A stretch of DNA of 64,000 nt, from positions 19,387-83,386 of the forward strand of contig CASDZI010000007.1 in assembly GCA_949285605.1 (NCBI GenBank), read 5' to 3'. The notes beneath the pieces were generated by a model. The model was not told the DNA's origin. It saw nothing but the letters and a program-made list of their open reading frames with translations, and ran no database searches. Made by a program: the position numbers and the translations under genes. Positions 33,803 through 43,900 of the stretch are shown here, one piece after another (the first letter of the stretch is position 1; every line of letters begins with the position of its first letter). This DNA is from an uncultured Christensenella sp. (GTDB lineage Bacteria > Bacillota > Clostridia > Christensenellales > DTU072).

Positions 33803-36235
33803 TTGTTACGCTTAAAAAATATTACGAAAGATTACGTTCTCGCAGGGAACGATACCGTGCACGCCCTGAAAAGGATAAGTCTTAATTTCCGAGCCAACGA
33901 ATTCGTGGCGATCCTGGGCCCGTCGGGGTGCGGCAAGACCACGCTTATGAATATCGTGGGCGGTCTGGACAAATACACGTCGGGCGAACTTATCATAGAC
34001 GGGAAAACGACTTCCGCTTTTACCGACGCCGAGTGGGACAATTACCGCAATAAAAGGATAGGATTCGTATTCCAGAACTACAACCTCATATCGCACCTGA
34101 CGGTATTGAGCAACGTGGAGCTGGCGTTGACTTTATCGGGGGTAGCTCCAGAGGAACGCAAACGCAGGGCGTTGGAAGCGCTGAAGAGGGTAGGGCTTGC
34201 CGAGCAGTATTCCAAAAAGCCCAATCAGCTTTCGGGCGGACAAATGCAAAGAGTGGCTATAGCGAGGGCTTTGGTGAACTCTCCGGAAATTTTGCTTGCC
34301 GACGAACCCACCGGGGCGTTGGATACCGCTACCAGCGAACAGATAATGGAACTTATAAGAGAACTTTCCGCCGAAAAACTGGTTATTATGGTCACGCATA
34401 ACCCGTCGCTTGCGGAAAAATATTCCACCCGTACCGTGAAAATGCTGGACGGAGAAATAATTTCCGACTCCGACCCCTACGACGGGCGGGAAGAAAAATC
34501 GCTTTCGGAGGAAATTTCTTCGATTTCAGAAGAGAGCGTTCTTGAGCAAAATCCCGAAAAAGGCGAAAACGCTCCCGAGAGCGTAATGAAAGACGACGTC
34601 GAAATTCAAAAGAATAACAAGTCGGAGAAAAAAAAGAAAAACAAGGCGAAAAAAGAAAAAACGAGTATGTCGTTCATTACGGCTTTATCCCTTTCTTTCC
34701 GCAATCTGATAACGAAAAAAGGCAGGACGATACTGACTTCGATAGCCGGGAGCATAGGGATAATAGGCATTGCGTTGATACTTGCCATAAGCAACGGAAT
34801 GAACGCATTCATATCCAAGACCACCACCGAGACGATGAGCGCCAACCCCATTACCGTAGAAACCGAAGCCCTCAACCTGGAAGCGGCGATGGAAGCCATG
34901 AACGCGGCGAGCGATATAGATATTTTCCCGGCGGCGGAAAAGATATTCATTCAAAGGACCTCGGCTTTTTCACAGCTGATTTCCAAGAACAAGATCACCG
35001 CCGGCTATGTCGATTATCTCAAGGAAAATCTGAATAAAGACTGGTACAACGACGTGCTTTACAAGACGGGGCAGGAGCTGAACGTCCTGACGGAATTCGA
35101 CGGGGCGGTAAGGAAAGTCACGCAGACCTCGAGCTGGCAGATGCTGGTCACCAACGACCTCGTGGGTATGCAGTACGACGTACTGGCAGGCCGCCTGCCC
35201 GAAGGGGAAAAGGATCTTCTTATAATCGTGGACGAGTACAACCGCCTGAGCGAAAGCGTGCTTATAAGTTTAGGCTTTACTTCCGCAGAAGCGGAAAACG
35301 ACTCTCTGGATTTTTCCGAAGTGTTGGGCAAAACTTACAGAGTGCTTTCTTCCGACGAAGCCTACGCAATTAGCGACGGCAGGATTATCAGCCGTTTTAC
35401 GACGGATATATCGTCCTCGGCAGGGCTCGAAGCGTCTGTGTGCGGAATAGTGAGAATTAAAGAAACCACGGATTTGGGCGTCCTTTCCACGGGTATAGGA
35501 TACACAAAAGAGCTTTATAATGCAATTCAGGAAAAGAACCTCAACAGCGACTGCGTGCAGTTCATTAAGTCCGATCCGACGGTGGATGCGGAGACGGGCG
35601 ATCCTTACGTTTCCGACGGAAAAGGGACTGTCGAAGAAAAATACGAAGAGACGTTGAGAAAATACGGCGGTATCTCCACCCCGGATTACATAGCCGTATA
35701 CGCCAAGGATTTCAATACGAAGGCGGAGATAAAAAAGGTTCTCGACGCATACAACGATTCGCACGAGGACAAGATAATTTATACCGACCTCAGCGAGCTT
35801 ATGGGAGACATGCTGAGCAGCATGGTGGACGTGATAAGTTATGTCCTGATAGGATTTACCGCCATAAGCTTGATAGTAAGTTCGGTCATGATAGGGATAA
35901 TAACCTACGTCTCCGTCATCGAGCGCACTAAGGAGATAGGTATCCTGCGAGCCATCGGCGCCAGAAAAAAGGATATAGCGAGGGTATTCAATGCCGAGAC
36001 GTTTATCATAGGATTTTTTGCAGGGCTGGTGGGAGTCGTCGTGGCGGGGATACTGACCTTCCCCGTCAATGCCATTATCGCCGCTCTTGCCGGAGTGAGC
36101 GGAATCGCCTCGTTGAATCCTTTGCATTGCGTCATTCTGATAGCGGTAAGTATCTGTCTTACGCTCATATCGGGACTTATCCCTGCGAGCAAGGCTTCGA
36201 GAAAAGACCCGGTCACCGCATTGCGGACCGAGTAA
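33803..36235 (+). CDS. ABC transporter, fused ATP-binding and FtsX/MacB-type permease
   Basis: TTG start after GGAGG. Walker A GPSGCGKTT, signature LSGGQMQRVAIARA and Walker B LLADEPTGALD. A Lys-rich linker is followed by a large extracytoplasmic domain and the C-terminal FtsX helices. Confidence 0.85.
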   Translation: MLRLKNITKDYVLAGNDTVHALKRISLNFRANEFVAILGPSGCGKTTLMNIVGGLDKYTSGELIIDGKTTSAFTDAEWDNYRNKRIGFVFQNYNLISHLTVLSNVELALTLSGVAPEERKRRALEALKRVGLAEQYSKKPNQLSGGQMQRVAIARALVNSPEILLADEPTGALDTATSEQIMELIRELSAEKLVIMVTHNPSLAEKYSTRTVKMLDGEIISDSDPYDGREEKSLSEEISSISEESVLEQNPEKGENAPESVMKDDVEIQKNNKSEKKKKNKAKKEKTSMSFITALSLSFRNLITKKGRTILTSIAGSIGIIGIALILAISNGMNAFISKTTTETMSANPITVETEALNLEAAMEAMNAASDIDIFPAAEKIFIQRTSAFSQLISKNKITAGYVDYLKENLNKDWYNDVLYKTGQELNVLTEFDGAVRKVTQTSSWQMLVTNDLVGMQYDVLAGRLPEGEKDLLIIVDEYNRLSESVLISLGFTSAEAENDSLDFSEVLGKTYRVLSSDEAYAISDGRIISRFTTDISSSAGLEASVCGIVRIKETTDLGVLSTGIGYTKELYNAIQEKNLNSDCVQFIKSDPTVDAETGDPYVSDGKGTVEEKYEETLRKYGGISTPDYIAVYAKDFNTKAEIKKVLDAYNDSHEDKIIYTDLSELMGDMLSSMVDVISYVLIGFTAISLIVSSVMIGIITYVSVIERTKEIGILRAIGARKKDIARVFNAETFIIGFFAGLVGVVVAGILTFPVNAIIAALAGVSGIASLNPLHCVILIAVSICLTLISGLIPASKASRKDPVTALRTE

Positions 36236-36263
36236 AAAAGCTTTCTTTCCGATTGATCGGGAG

Positions 36264-36285
36264 CCTCCCTTTTCGGGAGGTTTTT
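36264..36285 (+). terminator. Intrinsic terminator of the ABC transporter gene
   Basis: cctccc-ttttc-gggagg followed by T5. Confidence 0.75.
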
Positions 36286-36327
36286 CTTTGTGCGACAAAG
36301 CGGGGGGAGGTTTTGCCGGAAAGGGAA

Positions 36328-36334
36328 TTCGACA
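36328..36334 (-). promoter_or_regulatory. Perfect Spo0A box (TGTCGAA) upstream of the Spo0A-like gene
   Basis: ttcgaca on the plus strand equals TGTCGAA on the minus strand. A 5/7 copy (TGTCGTG) sits at 36357-36363. Confidence 0.4.
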
Positions 36335-36462
36335 GATTATTACAAACATAGACATTTGTCGTGGGCTTAACGATAAAATCGGCGTTTACAATTCAAAATG
36401 CGGAGTGATATTATATTTTTGCGTTGTTTAGACGGCAAAATCTGACAAAACGGGAGATTTGT

Positions 36463-37176
36463 ATGAAAAGTTTTACATTGTTTTTTTGCGAAAGCGGAGA
36501 GTCGGCAAAGAGGAATATAGAGAGTTACTATTCGGATAAACCGTTCGTTACGGTCAAGGTGGTGCAGGACGCCGAGCAATATCTTTCGGCGGGGAAACCC
36601 GACGTGGCGGTGATTTCCGAAGATTTCAACTATTTGCCTTTGATCAGGCTGTTTGCGGCTAACCGTCCCAAAATAATACTCGCCTGTAAGGAAGAGAGCG
36701 ACGAAATGGAAAAGGTACCGCACGATGCAGTGGTATTCAAGCCGTATTCATTAAACGACGTCACCGAGATAGCCGCAGGTCTTGCCGAGGGGAAGGAGGA
36801 AAAGATAAAACTTGTCGGCAACAAAGCCATCGACGAAAAACTGAGCAATATTTTCATAAGAGCGGGGATTCCGCCGCACATCAAGGGATACCAGTATCTT
36901 CGCACGGCGGTCAAGTTCGCCATAGACCGACCCGACATAGTCAACAGCATAACCAAAAAACTTTATCCTGCGGTAGCCGAATATTACGATACCACTCCGA
37001 GCAAGGTGGAAAGGGCGATAAGGCACGCCATAGAGGTGGCTTGGAGCAGGGGCAGGATAGAGAACATCAACGCAATTTTCGGAATAAAGATCTACGGTAA
37101 AGGCGACAAACCCACCAACGGCGAACTCATAGCGCTGGTCGCCGACAAAATGGTCATCGAGCTTATGCCCGAATAA
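36463..37176 (+). CDS. Spo0A-like transcription regulator: canonical Spo0A C-terminal DNA-binding domain, degenerate receiver domain
   Basis: The C-terminus matches the Spo0A_C signature closely: GIPPHIKGYQYLRTAV, ITKKLYPAVAEYYDTTPSKVERAIRHAIEVAWSRG, KPTNGELIALVADKM. The N-terminal ~105 aa are receiver-like, but the acidic-pocket and phospho-acceptor positions read C-E and S by eye alignment. ATG 36463 follows GGGAGA. Confidence 0.8.
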   Translation: MKSFTLFFCESGESAKRNIESYYSDKPFVTVKVVQDAEQYLSAGKPDVAVISEDFNYLPLIRLFAANRPKIILACKEESDEMEKVPHDAVVFKPYSLNDVTEIAAGLAEGKEEKIKLVGNKAIDEKLSNIFIRAGIPPHIKGYQYLRTAVKFAIDRPDIVNSITKKLYPAVAEYYDTTPSKVERAIRHAIEVAWSRGRIENINAIFGIKIYGKGDKPTNGELIALVADKMVIELMPE

Positions 37177-37220
37177 ACCGAAAAAAAGAAATTTTCTTGA
37201 TTTTCGATAAAATATTTTTT

Positions 37221-37256
37221 AACCGTTTTGGTCGAAAAGACGAAACGGTTTTTTAT
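37221..37256 (+). terminator. Intrinsic terminator
   Basis: aaccgttt ... aaacggtt stem followed by T6. Confidence 0.7.
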
Positions 37257-37402
37257 TATTTTGCCGATAAAAATGTTATTTATTTTCCGCTCAAAATTTG
37301 CCGAAACACAGTTTTATTTTGAAAAATTTTTATCCGAGCGGTCTTGACAAACAGCGAAAGTAAAGATACCATATATCAAAACACGAAAGGTGGTTTACGC
37401 TT

Positions 37403-37735
37403 ATGCAAAAAATGCTTGTAAAAGTCAACAAAGAAAAAATGAAAGAACTCGGTATAAGCGAGTACTATATAGACCTCACGTTGCACGACGCATTCGACGA
37501 GGGGCATTTTTTTGTGGAAGAACAAGAGGACGGAGCTATTCTGTATAGCGGCAATCCGGAATATCCGAACTATTTGGGGCTCTTCGGGATAGCTTATTCC
37601 ATATTAAGCGACGACGAAATTTTTATGTCGGTCTGTGAAAAATGGATATGGTATGATAACGATGATACAGGCGACGGTTCTTTTGCCGAAGAAGACGTGT
37701 TGGAAGTGATAAAAAATGACGAAAATTTCGACTGA
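37403..37735 (+). CDS. Small acidic hypothetical protein (110 aa)
   Basis: AAAGGTGG RBS. No signal peptide or TM helix. Asp/Glu-rich, with no motif I recognise. Confidence 0.5.
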   Translation: MQKMLVKVNKEKMKELGISEYYIDLTLHDAFDEGHFFVEEQEDGAILYSGNPEYPNYLGLFGIAYSILSDDEIFMSVCEKWIWYDNDDTGDGSFAEEDVLEVIKNDENFD

Positions 37736-37906
37736 TAAACGAGGTTTTTAAGCCGTCGATCTCAAAATACACATTAAAAAATTTTCAAAAAAACCGGGGC
37801 AGATCCCGAGTCATTCGGGCGAAGAGCGTATTGACACCGACCGCATTTATATTGTATATTATTATATATATTATTTCGCACGGGCGTATGCGGGAGGACG
37901 TTTTTT

Positions 37907-40900
37907 ATGAAACAGAAAACTTTACGGGTATTATTGCTTTTGATAATATTTCTCAATGCGATTTTCCTGATTTCCTGTTCCGAAGGATATAACGGTCCCG
38001 TCAACCTCCCCGAAGAGGAAGAGGAGGCGCCCGACGTCGTCTATTACAAGATCACCGTGGACAACGGTGCGGAAATTGTCGTTTACGAGAAGGAAGCCGA
38101 CGTTTCGCTCACCGTCACCGCCGCAGACAAAAAGAATATGGTCTTTATCGGCTGGGAGTACGAAGGTAAAACCGTTTCCTCCGACAAGACTTACACCTTC
38201 ACCGTCAAAGAAAACGCTTCCCTTAACGCCAAATACTTAACTTCTTATAAAATTTATCTGGATGCCGGACTTGCCGGGACCGAATACGAAGCCGTAACGG
38301 TGGGAGAGGGGCAGGATTATACCTTGCCCGTCCCCGTTCTGGAAAATTATTACTTCCTCGGCTGGTATGACGGGATAATGCCTTACACCGACGAAAAGGG
38401 CAATGCGCTGAAACCTTTCTCCGCTCCCTACGACGTCACGCTGAAAGCCGTATTCGAAGAAAAACCCGTTTATACCGTCATCTGGCAAAGTATTTATACC
38501 GACGAGAACGGACAGGAAGCCGTTTATTCGGAGAGTGCGGTAGAGAAACACCTTGACGAAAAGATCACTCTTACCGCCGTAGCCGTCCCCGACAACCGTT
38601 TCGTGGGGTGGTACGACGAGAAAGGTGATTGTGTATCGAGCGAAACCGAATTTAGCTTTAAGGTGGTTTCCGACGTGACTTACCGTGCAAAATACGAAGA
38701 GGCGTTCACCGTGAACGTCTTGTTCGGGAGCGGGTCGGGCACTTACGCCAAAGACACGATAGTAGACATCACCGCCCAGACTACGCCTACGGGAAAGTAT
38801 TTTAAGGGGTGGAGATACATCGGGGAAAGCGAGTTGCTGGAAGGCGAGCAATATGAAAAAAATACCTTTAAGTTGAAGGTTACCGAGTCCGTTTCTTTCG
38901 AAGCGGTATTCGAGTTTATAGACTATACTCTGACCTTCACCATGCAGGGCGGAAGCTACGGCGACAGTCCGGTAGAGTATCATAAAACCGAAGGAGTCCA
39001 CTACGGCGACGAAATAATCCCTCCCGTATCTCCTTCGGAAACGCATTACGTCTTTGCGGGCTGGTCGAGCTATCCCGCCCGTATGCCGGCTAACGATCTC
39101 ACCATATCCGGCAGACTTATCCCCGAAAAGCACACCGTCACCTTGGACAGCGGTATAATTTCGGCTAACGGAGCTTCTTACGGCGTATTCGATTACGGCA
39201 CGGAAATAACCGTCGCCCACAAGGAAATAACGGGCAAGCGATTCCTCTACTGGGCGGAGAACGGGGCGCAGGTCTCCTCGTCGAGTCCGTACACGTTCAC
39301 CGTGGAAAGGAACGTCACCCTTACCGCTGTTTATGAAGACATTCTGTATAAACTCATTTATTACGTTTACGGAGCCGAATACGGCGATGACGGCGGAGTT
39401 TACCAAGAATTCGAACTGAAATACAAAGACCCCACGTTCAGTCTGCCCGCCATAAGCAAAGAGCATTACACCTTCAGCGGTTGGAGCAGGTTGCCGCAGG
39501 AAATGCCTGCTTACGACTATACGGTGAAGGGAACCTTCATTGTGGACAGACACACTCTTTCGGTAAATAACGGCTACATAAACGGCGATACGTCTTTGAC
39601 CGAAGACGAATTCGATTGGAACGAGGAAGTCACGGTCACCGCAGTCATTCCCACGGGAAAAACCTTTAACGGTTGGTATTTAGGCGATATAAGGGTTTCG
39701 CAGGAGGTAGAATACACTTTCCCTCTCGCAGGAAATACCGATCTGGAAGCACGGACGGATTTTATTCAGTATGAACTCGTCTTTATGGTGTCGGGACAAA
39801 CGGGTACCGAAGGTTTCGTCGAGTATCACAGAACCACCTCTATTTACAACTCTACGGTAAGGTATCCGACTACCCCCGCCGAGGAGCATAAGGAATTCGG
39901 CGGTTGGTCGCTTTCTCCCGACAAAGCCGTGACTCCTCCCGAAAAAATGCCCGCCGAGAACCTGACTTTATACGGGAAGCTTTCCTGGGTAAGACATACG
40001 GTAGTCCTTTCCGGCGGAGTTATCGTAGAAGTCAACGGCAGTCCCGTCGAGAATGTTTCCCGAGCGACCTACGATTACGGAACGGAATTGAAGATTTCGG
40101 CTCAGCCCGAAAGAGGATACCATTTTACCGGGTGGACGATTAACGGCCAGTTGGTAAGCGAAGCCGGACAGGATTACGCTTTTACTTTGACCAAAGACAT
40201 TACCCTGACGGCGACTTCCGCCCTGACAGAGTATCAAGCCGTATATTACACGCAAAAAGACGGCTCCGGGTATACCGAGTGGAAGAGTGAAACTTTCCAC
40301 TATAACGAAAATTATAATTTAGCCTCCGCAGAGGTCGTTGACCATTACGACTTCGACGGTTGGTACTACGCAAACGGAGATGAAGCTCCTGCAAGTCTGA
40401 TAACTTCCGACGAAAATCTGGAGTTCTACGGAAATTACAATATTCAGCGACATACGTTTACCGTGGTGGGAGGGACCATAAACGGTTATGACGAGACCAC
40501 GGTCGAAGTGCCGTTCGGCACCTGTCTGACCATCGAAGCCACCGTTCCCGTAGGAAAAGTTTTCCGCAGATGGACTTCTTACGGGCTTGCGCCCGTTACC
40601 GTCAATCCATATGACGCCACCGTTACCGGCGACGTTACCTGGAAGGCGGAATTTGCCGTGGCGAAATACGACTTGACGGTGACCGACGGCAGGATAAAAT
40701 CCGTGGACAACGTCGATATCTCGGAAGACGTTTACAGAGGAACTTACGACTACGGCACCGTTATAGAGCTGCAACCGAAGAACGCCGAAGCCGGTAAAGA
40801 ATTCTCCCACTGGAAGATCAACGGAAAAAAGTTTTATAAACCGGACTACGATTTTGAAATAACCGAAGATGTCACGGCGGTGGCGGTTTTCGAGTTTATA

Positions 40901-43900
40901 GACTATACGCTCACTTTCACTATGCAGGGCGGAAGTTACGGCGATACTCCCGTAACGTTCGGCGAGCCGAAGATTATGCATTACGGCGACGAAATAATCC
41001 CTCCCTCCGCTCCTTCGGAAACGCATTACGTTTTCGCAGGCTGGTCGAGTTATCCGTCCCGTATGCCGGCAGACGATCTCACCATATCCGGCAGACTTAT
41101 TCCCGAAAAGCATACGCTTACCGTAAACGGCGGCAGCGGAAGCGGAACCTATAATTACGACGATACCGTTACGGCAACGGCAGAAATTCCAGTAGGACAG
41201 AGTTTTGTGAAATGGGTGGATACCGAAGGAACGGTATTAAGCACCGAAGCAATATACTCGTTCACCTTGGAAAAGGATACCGAAATAACAGCAGTTTACG
41301 AATATATCGACTATACTCTTACCTTTATGCTCTACGGAGCCGAGTACGGGGAAACAGGACGCGCTTATTACACCGAAACTTTACATTACGGCGATACGGT
41401 CAAAGATCAGTCTTTGCCCGTGGATAAAGAAAATTACGCTTTTTCGGGCTGGTACGTCGAAGGAGAGGAAACGATACCCACTACCATGCCGGCGGCCGAC
41501 CTCACGATCAGGGGCGATTACGAATACATCTATATCATGACCGATTTGGGCGACGGTACTTATTCCGTTGCGGCGAACACCGCCATTAAAGGCACTTATC
41601 CGTCCACGATAACCGTTCCTTCGCTTTATGACGAAAAACCCGTAGTAAAAGTGGAAAATCAAGGCTTTGCCGACAGGACCGAATTGACAAACGTAACTAT
41701 ACCCGACAGCGTAACCGTTATAGGCGAGGGAGCTTTTTCGGGTTGTACTTTGCTTACTTCGCTTACCTTACCCGTTTCGGGCGGAGATTATTTAGGGTAT
41801 ATGTTCGGAGCGACGTCGGCAGACAGCCAGGATAAGGCGGTACCGTCGAGTCTTACCGAAGTCGTCTATAACGGTACGACTATTCCCGACAAATATTTCT
41901 ATAAATTGACTTCGCTCAAAACCGTGCGTTTCCCGAATACGGAATCGGTAGGGAACAACGCCTTCGACGGAGCGGGACTCACCTCCCTCGTGTTGCCCGA
42001 AACGCTGACAACCGTTGGCGAATACGCTTTTGCCAACCTCAATTACCTCGCTTCGATAAAATATCGTCGGACCGACGTATTCAACTTTGCGGACAAAGAC
42101 GTTTTCGAAATGGCGGGCAGGAGTGTAAACTCACTCGAAGTGACCTTTAACGACGGGGTAACGCATATCCCCGCAAATATGTTTGCGGTCACCGACGCCT
42201 CCGACAGACCGAAGGTGACTTCCGTCGTTTTCCCGACCACGCTTAAGTCGGTAGGAGCTTACGCTTTCAGCGGACAGGACGGACTGACGGCGGATATAGT
42301 TCTGCCCGAAGGCGTTACCGAGATAGGGGCAAGCGCTTTTGCCGGAACGAAAACGAAGAAGGTAGTTATTCCTTCCACCGTGACGAGTATCGGAAGCGGA
42401 GCCTTCTCGGCGTTGACTTCCCTTACCGAAGTGGAATATAACGCCGTCAATGCGTTTACCGACGTGTCCGAAGGACTTTACGCTTTCCGTGAAGACGAGA
42501 ACGAGTTTACGGTAATTATCGGAAGCGCCGTTGAGACCATTCCCGACAATCTGTTCCGTCTTTCGGGGGTAACGGAAGTGACTTTTGCCGAAAACGGAAG
42601 CCTTACAAGTATCGGAAGTTATGCCTTCGCTTACAGTAAACTCACCTCTGTTTCCTTGAGCGGCGACTTGACGCTCGGAGAAAAAGCCTTCTACGGTTGC
42701 GCTTCGCTCGGGTCTGTTTACTATAACGTACCGAACGCTGCCGACTTTACTTCTTCCTCTCTCGTGTTCGGGTCGTCCTCCGCTGCGACGGGATATGCCG
42801 TTAAGACGGGATATGCCGTTACGATAGGAAAAGACGTTATAAGGATCCCGTCTTACCTGTTCGGGAAACCCGAAAGCGACATAAATAATTACGTCAATGC
42901 GACTACCGTTACTTTCGAAAGCGGCAGTTCGTGTAAAGAAATAGCTTCTTACGCTTTCGCAAACGGCACCCTCGGCGGTAGTTTGGAGATACCCTTTACC
43001 GTCAGAGAAATAGGAGAATACGCTTTTTACGGGAACGATCTTACCGAGGTGTCCGTGCCTTCCACCACCACTACGATAGGAGCAAAAGCCCTTGCCGGTA
43101 ACGGGACCGTCACCGTCAACTGCCAGGTGAGTTTCTCGTTCGAGACATGGGCGACAGATTGGGTGGACGACAACGCCACGGTAAATTATTCCGTCGGGGC
43201 AATGACAGACGGCGATTTCAGTTACGTGGTAAACGAAGGCAGGGCTTACATTACGCATTACCACGGCACGGCGACCAAGGTCGTTGTCGGAAAAGTAGGA
43301 ACAGAAGGCGGTACTGCGGAAGGATACGACGTTTACGGCGTGGGACTGACCTTCAAGGGGAACAAATCGATCACTTCCGTCACGCTTCCTGCTACCGTAG
43401 CCGAGATCCAGGCTACGGCGTTCGAAGGATGCACCGCTTTAGAGTCCTTTACCCATAACGGCAATGTGACCGTCATAGGCAGCAAGGCGTTTTACGGGTG
43501 CAATAATTTAAGTACCCTCACTCTTAACTTTACGGGAAGCGAGATAGGTAGCGAAGCTTTCGCCGGGTGCGGAAAACTTACTTCCTTCGACTTTGAGACG
43601 GTCACCTCGATAGGCGACAGGGCTTTTGCTAACAGCGGACTTACTTCGGCGCTTCTTTCCTCGGCGGTAGTTATCGGGAACGAGGCGTTTGCCGATTGCG
43701 CTTCGCTTACGAGCGTGACTTTGTCCTCCGTGGAAATTATCGGCACGGGAGCGTTCGCTTCCTGTTCGTCTCTGCAGGAATTCATTTTCGACGGAAACGA
43801 CAATTACGAATTGCGTAGCGGCGCTCTGTACCGTATATCCGACAATACGTTACTGTATTATCCTGCTTCAAGCGGTGCGACCTCTTTCGACGTTCCCGAC

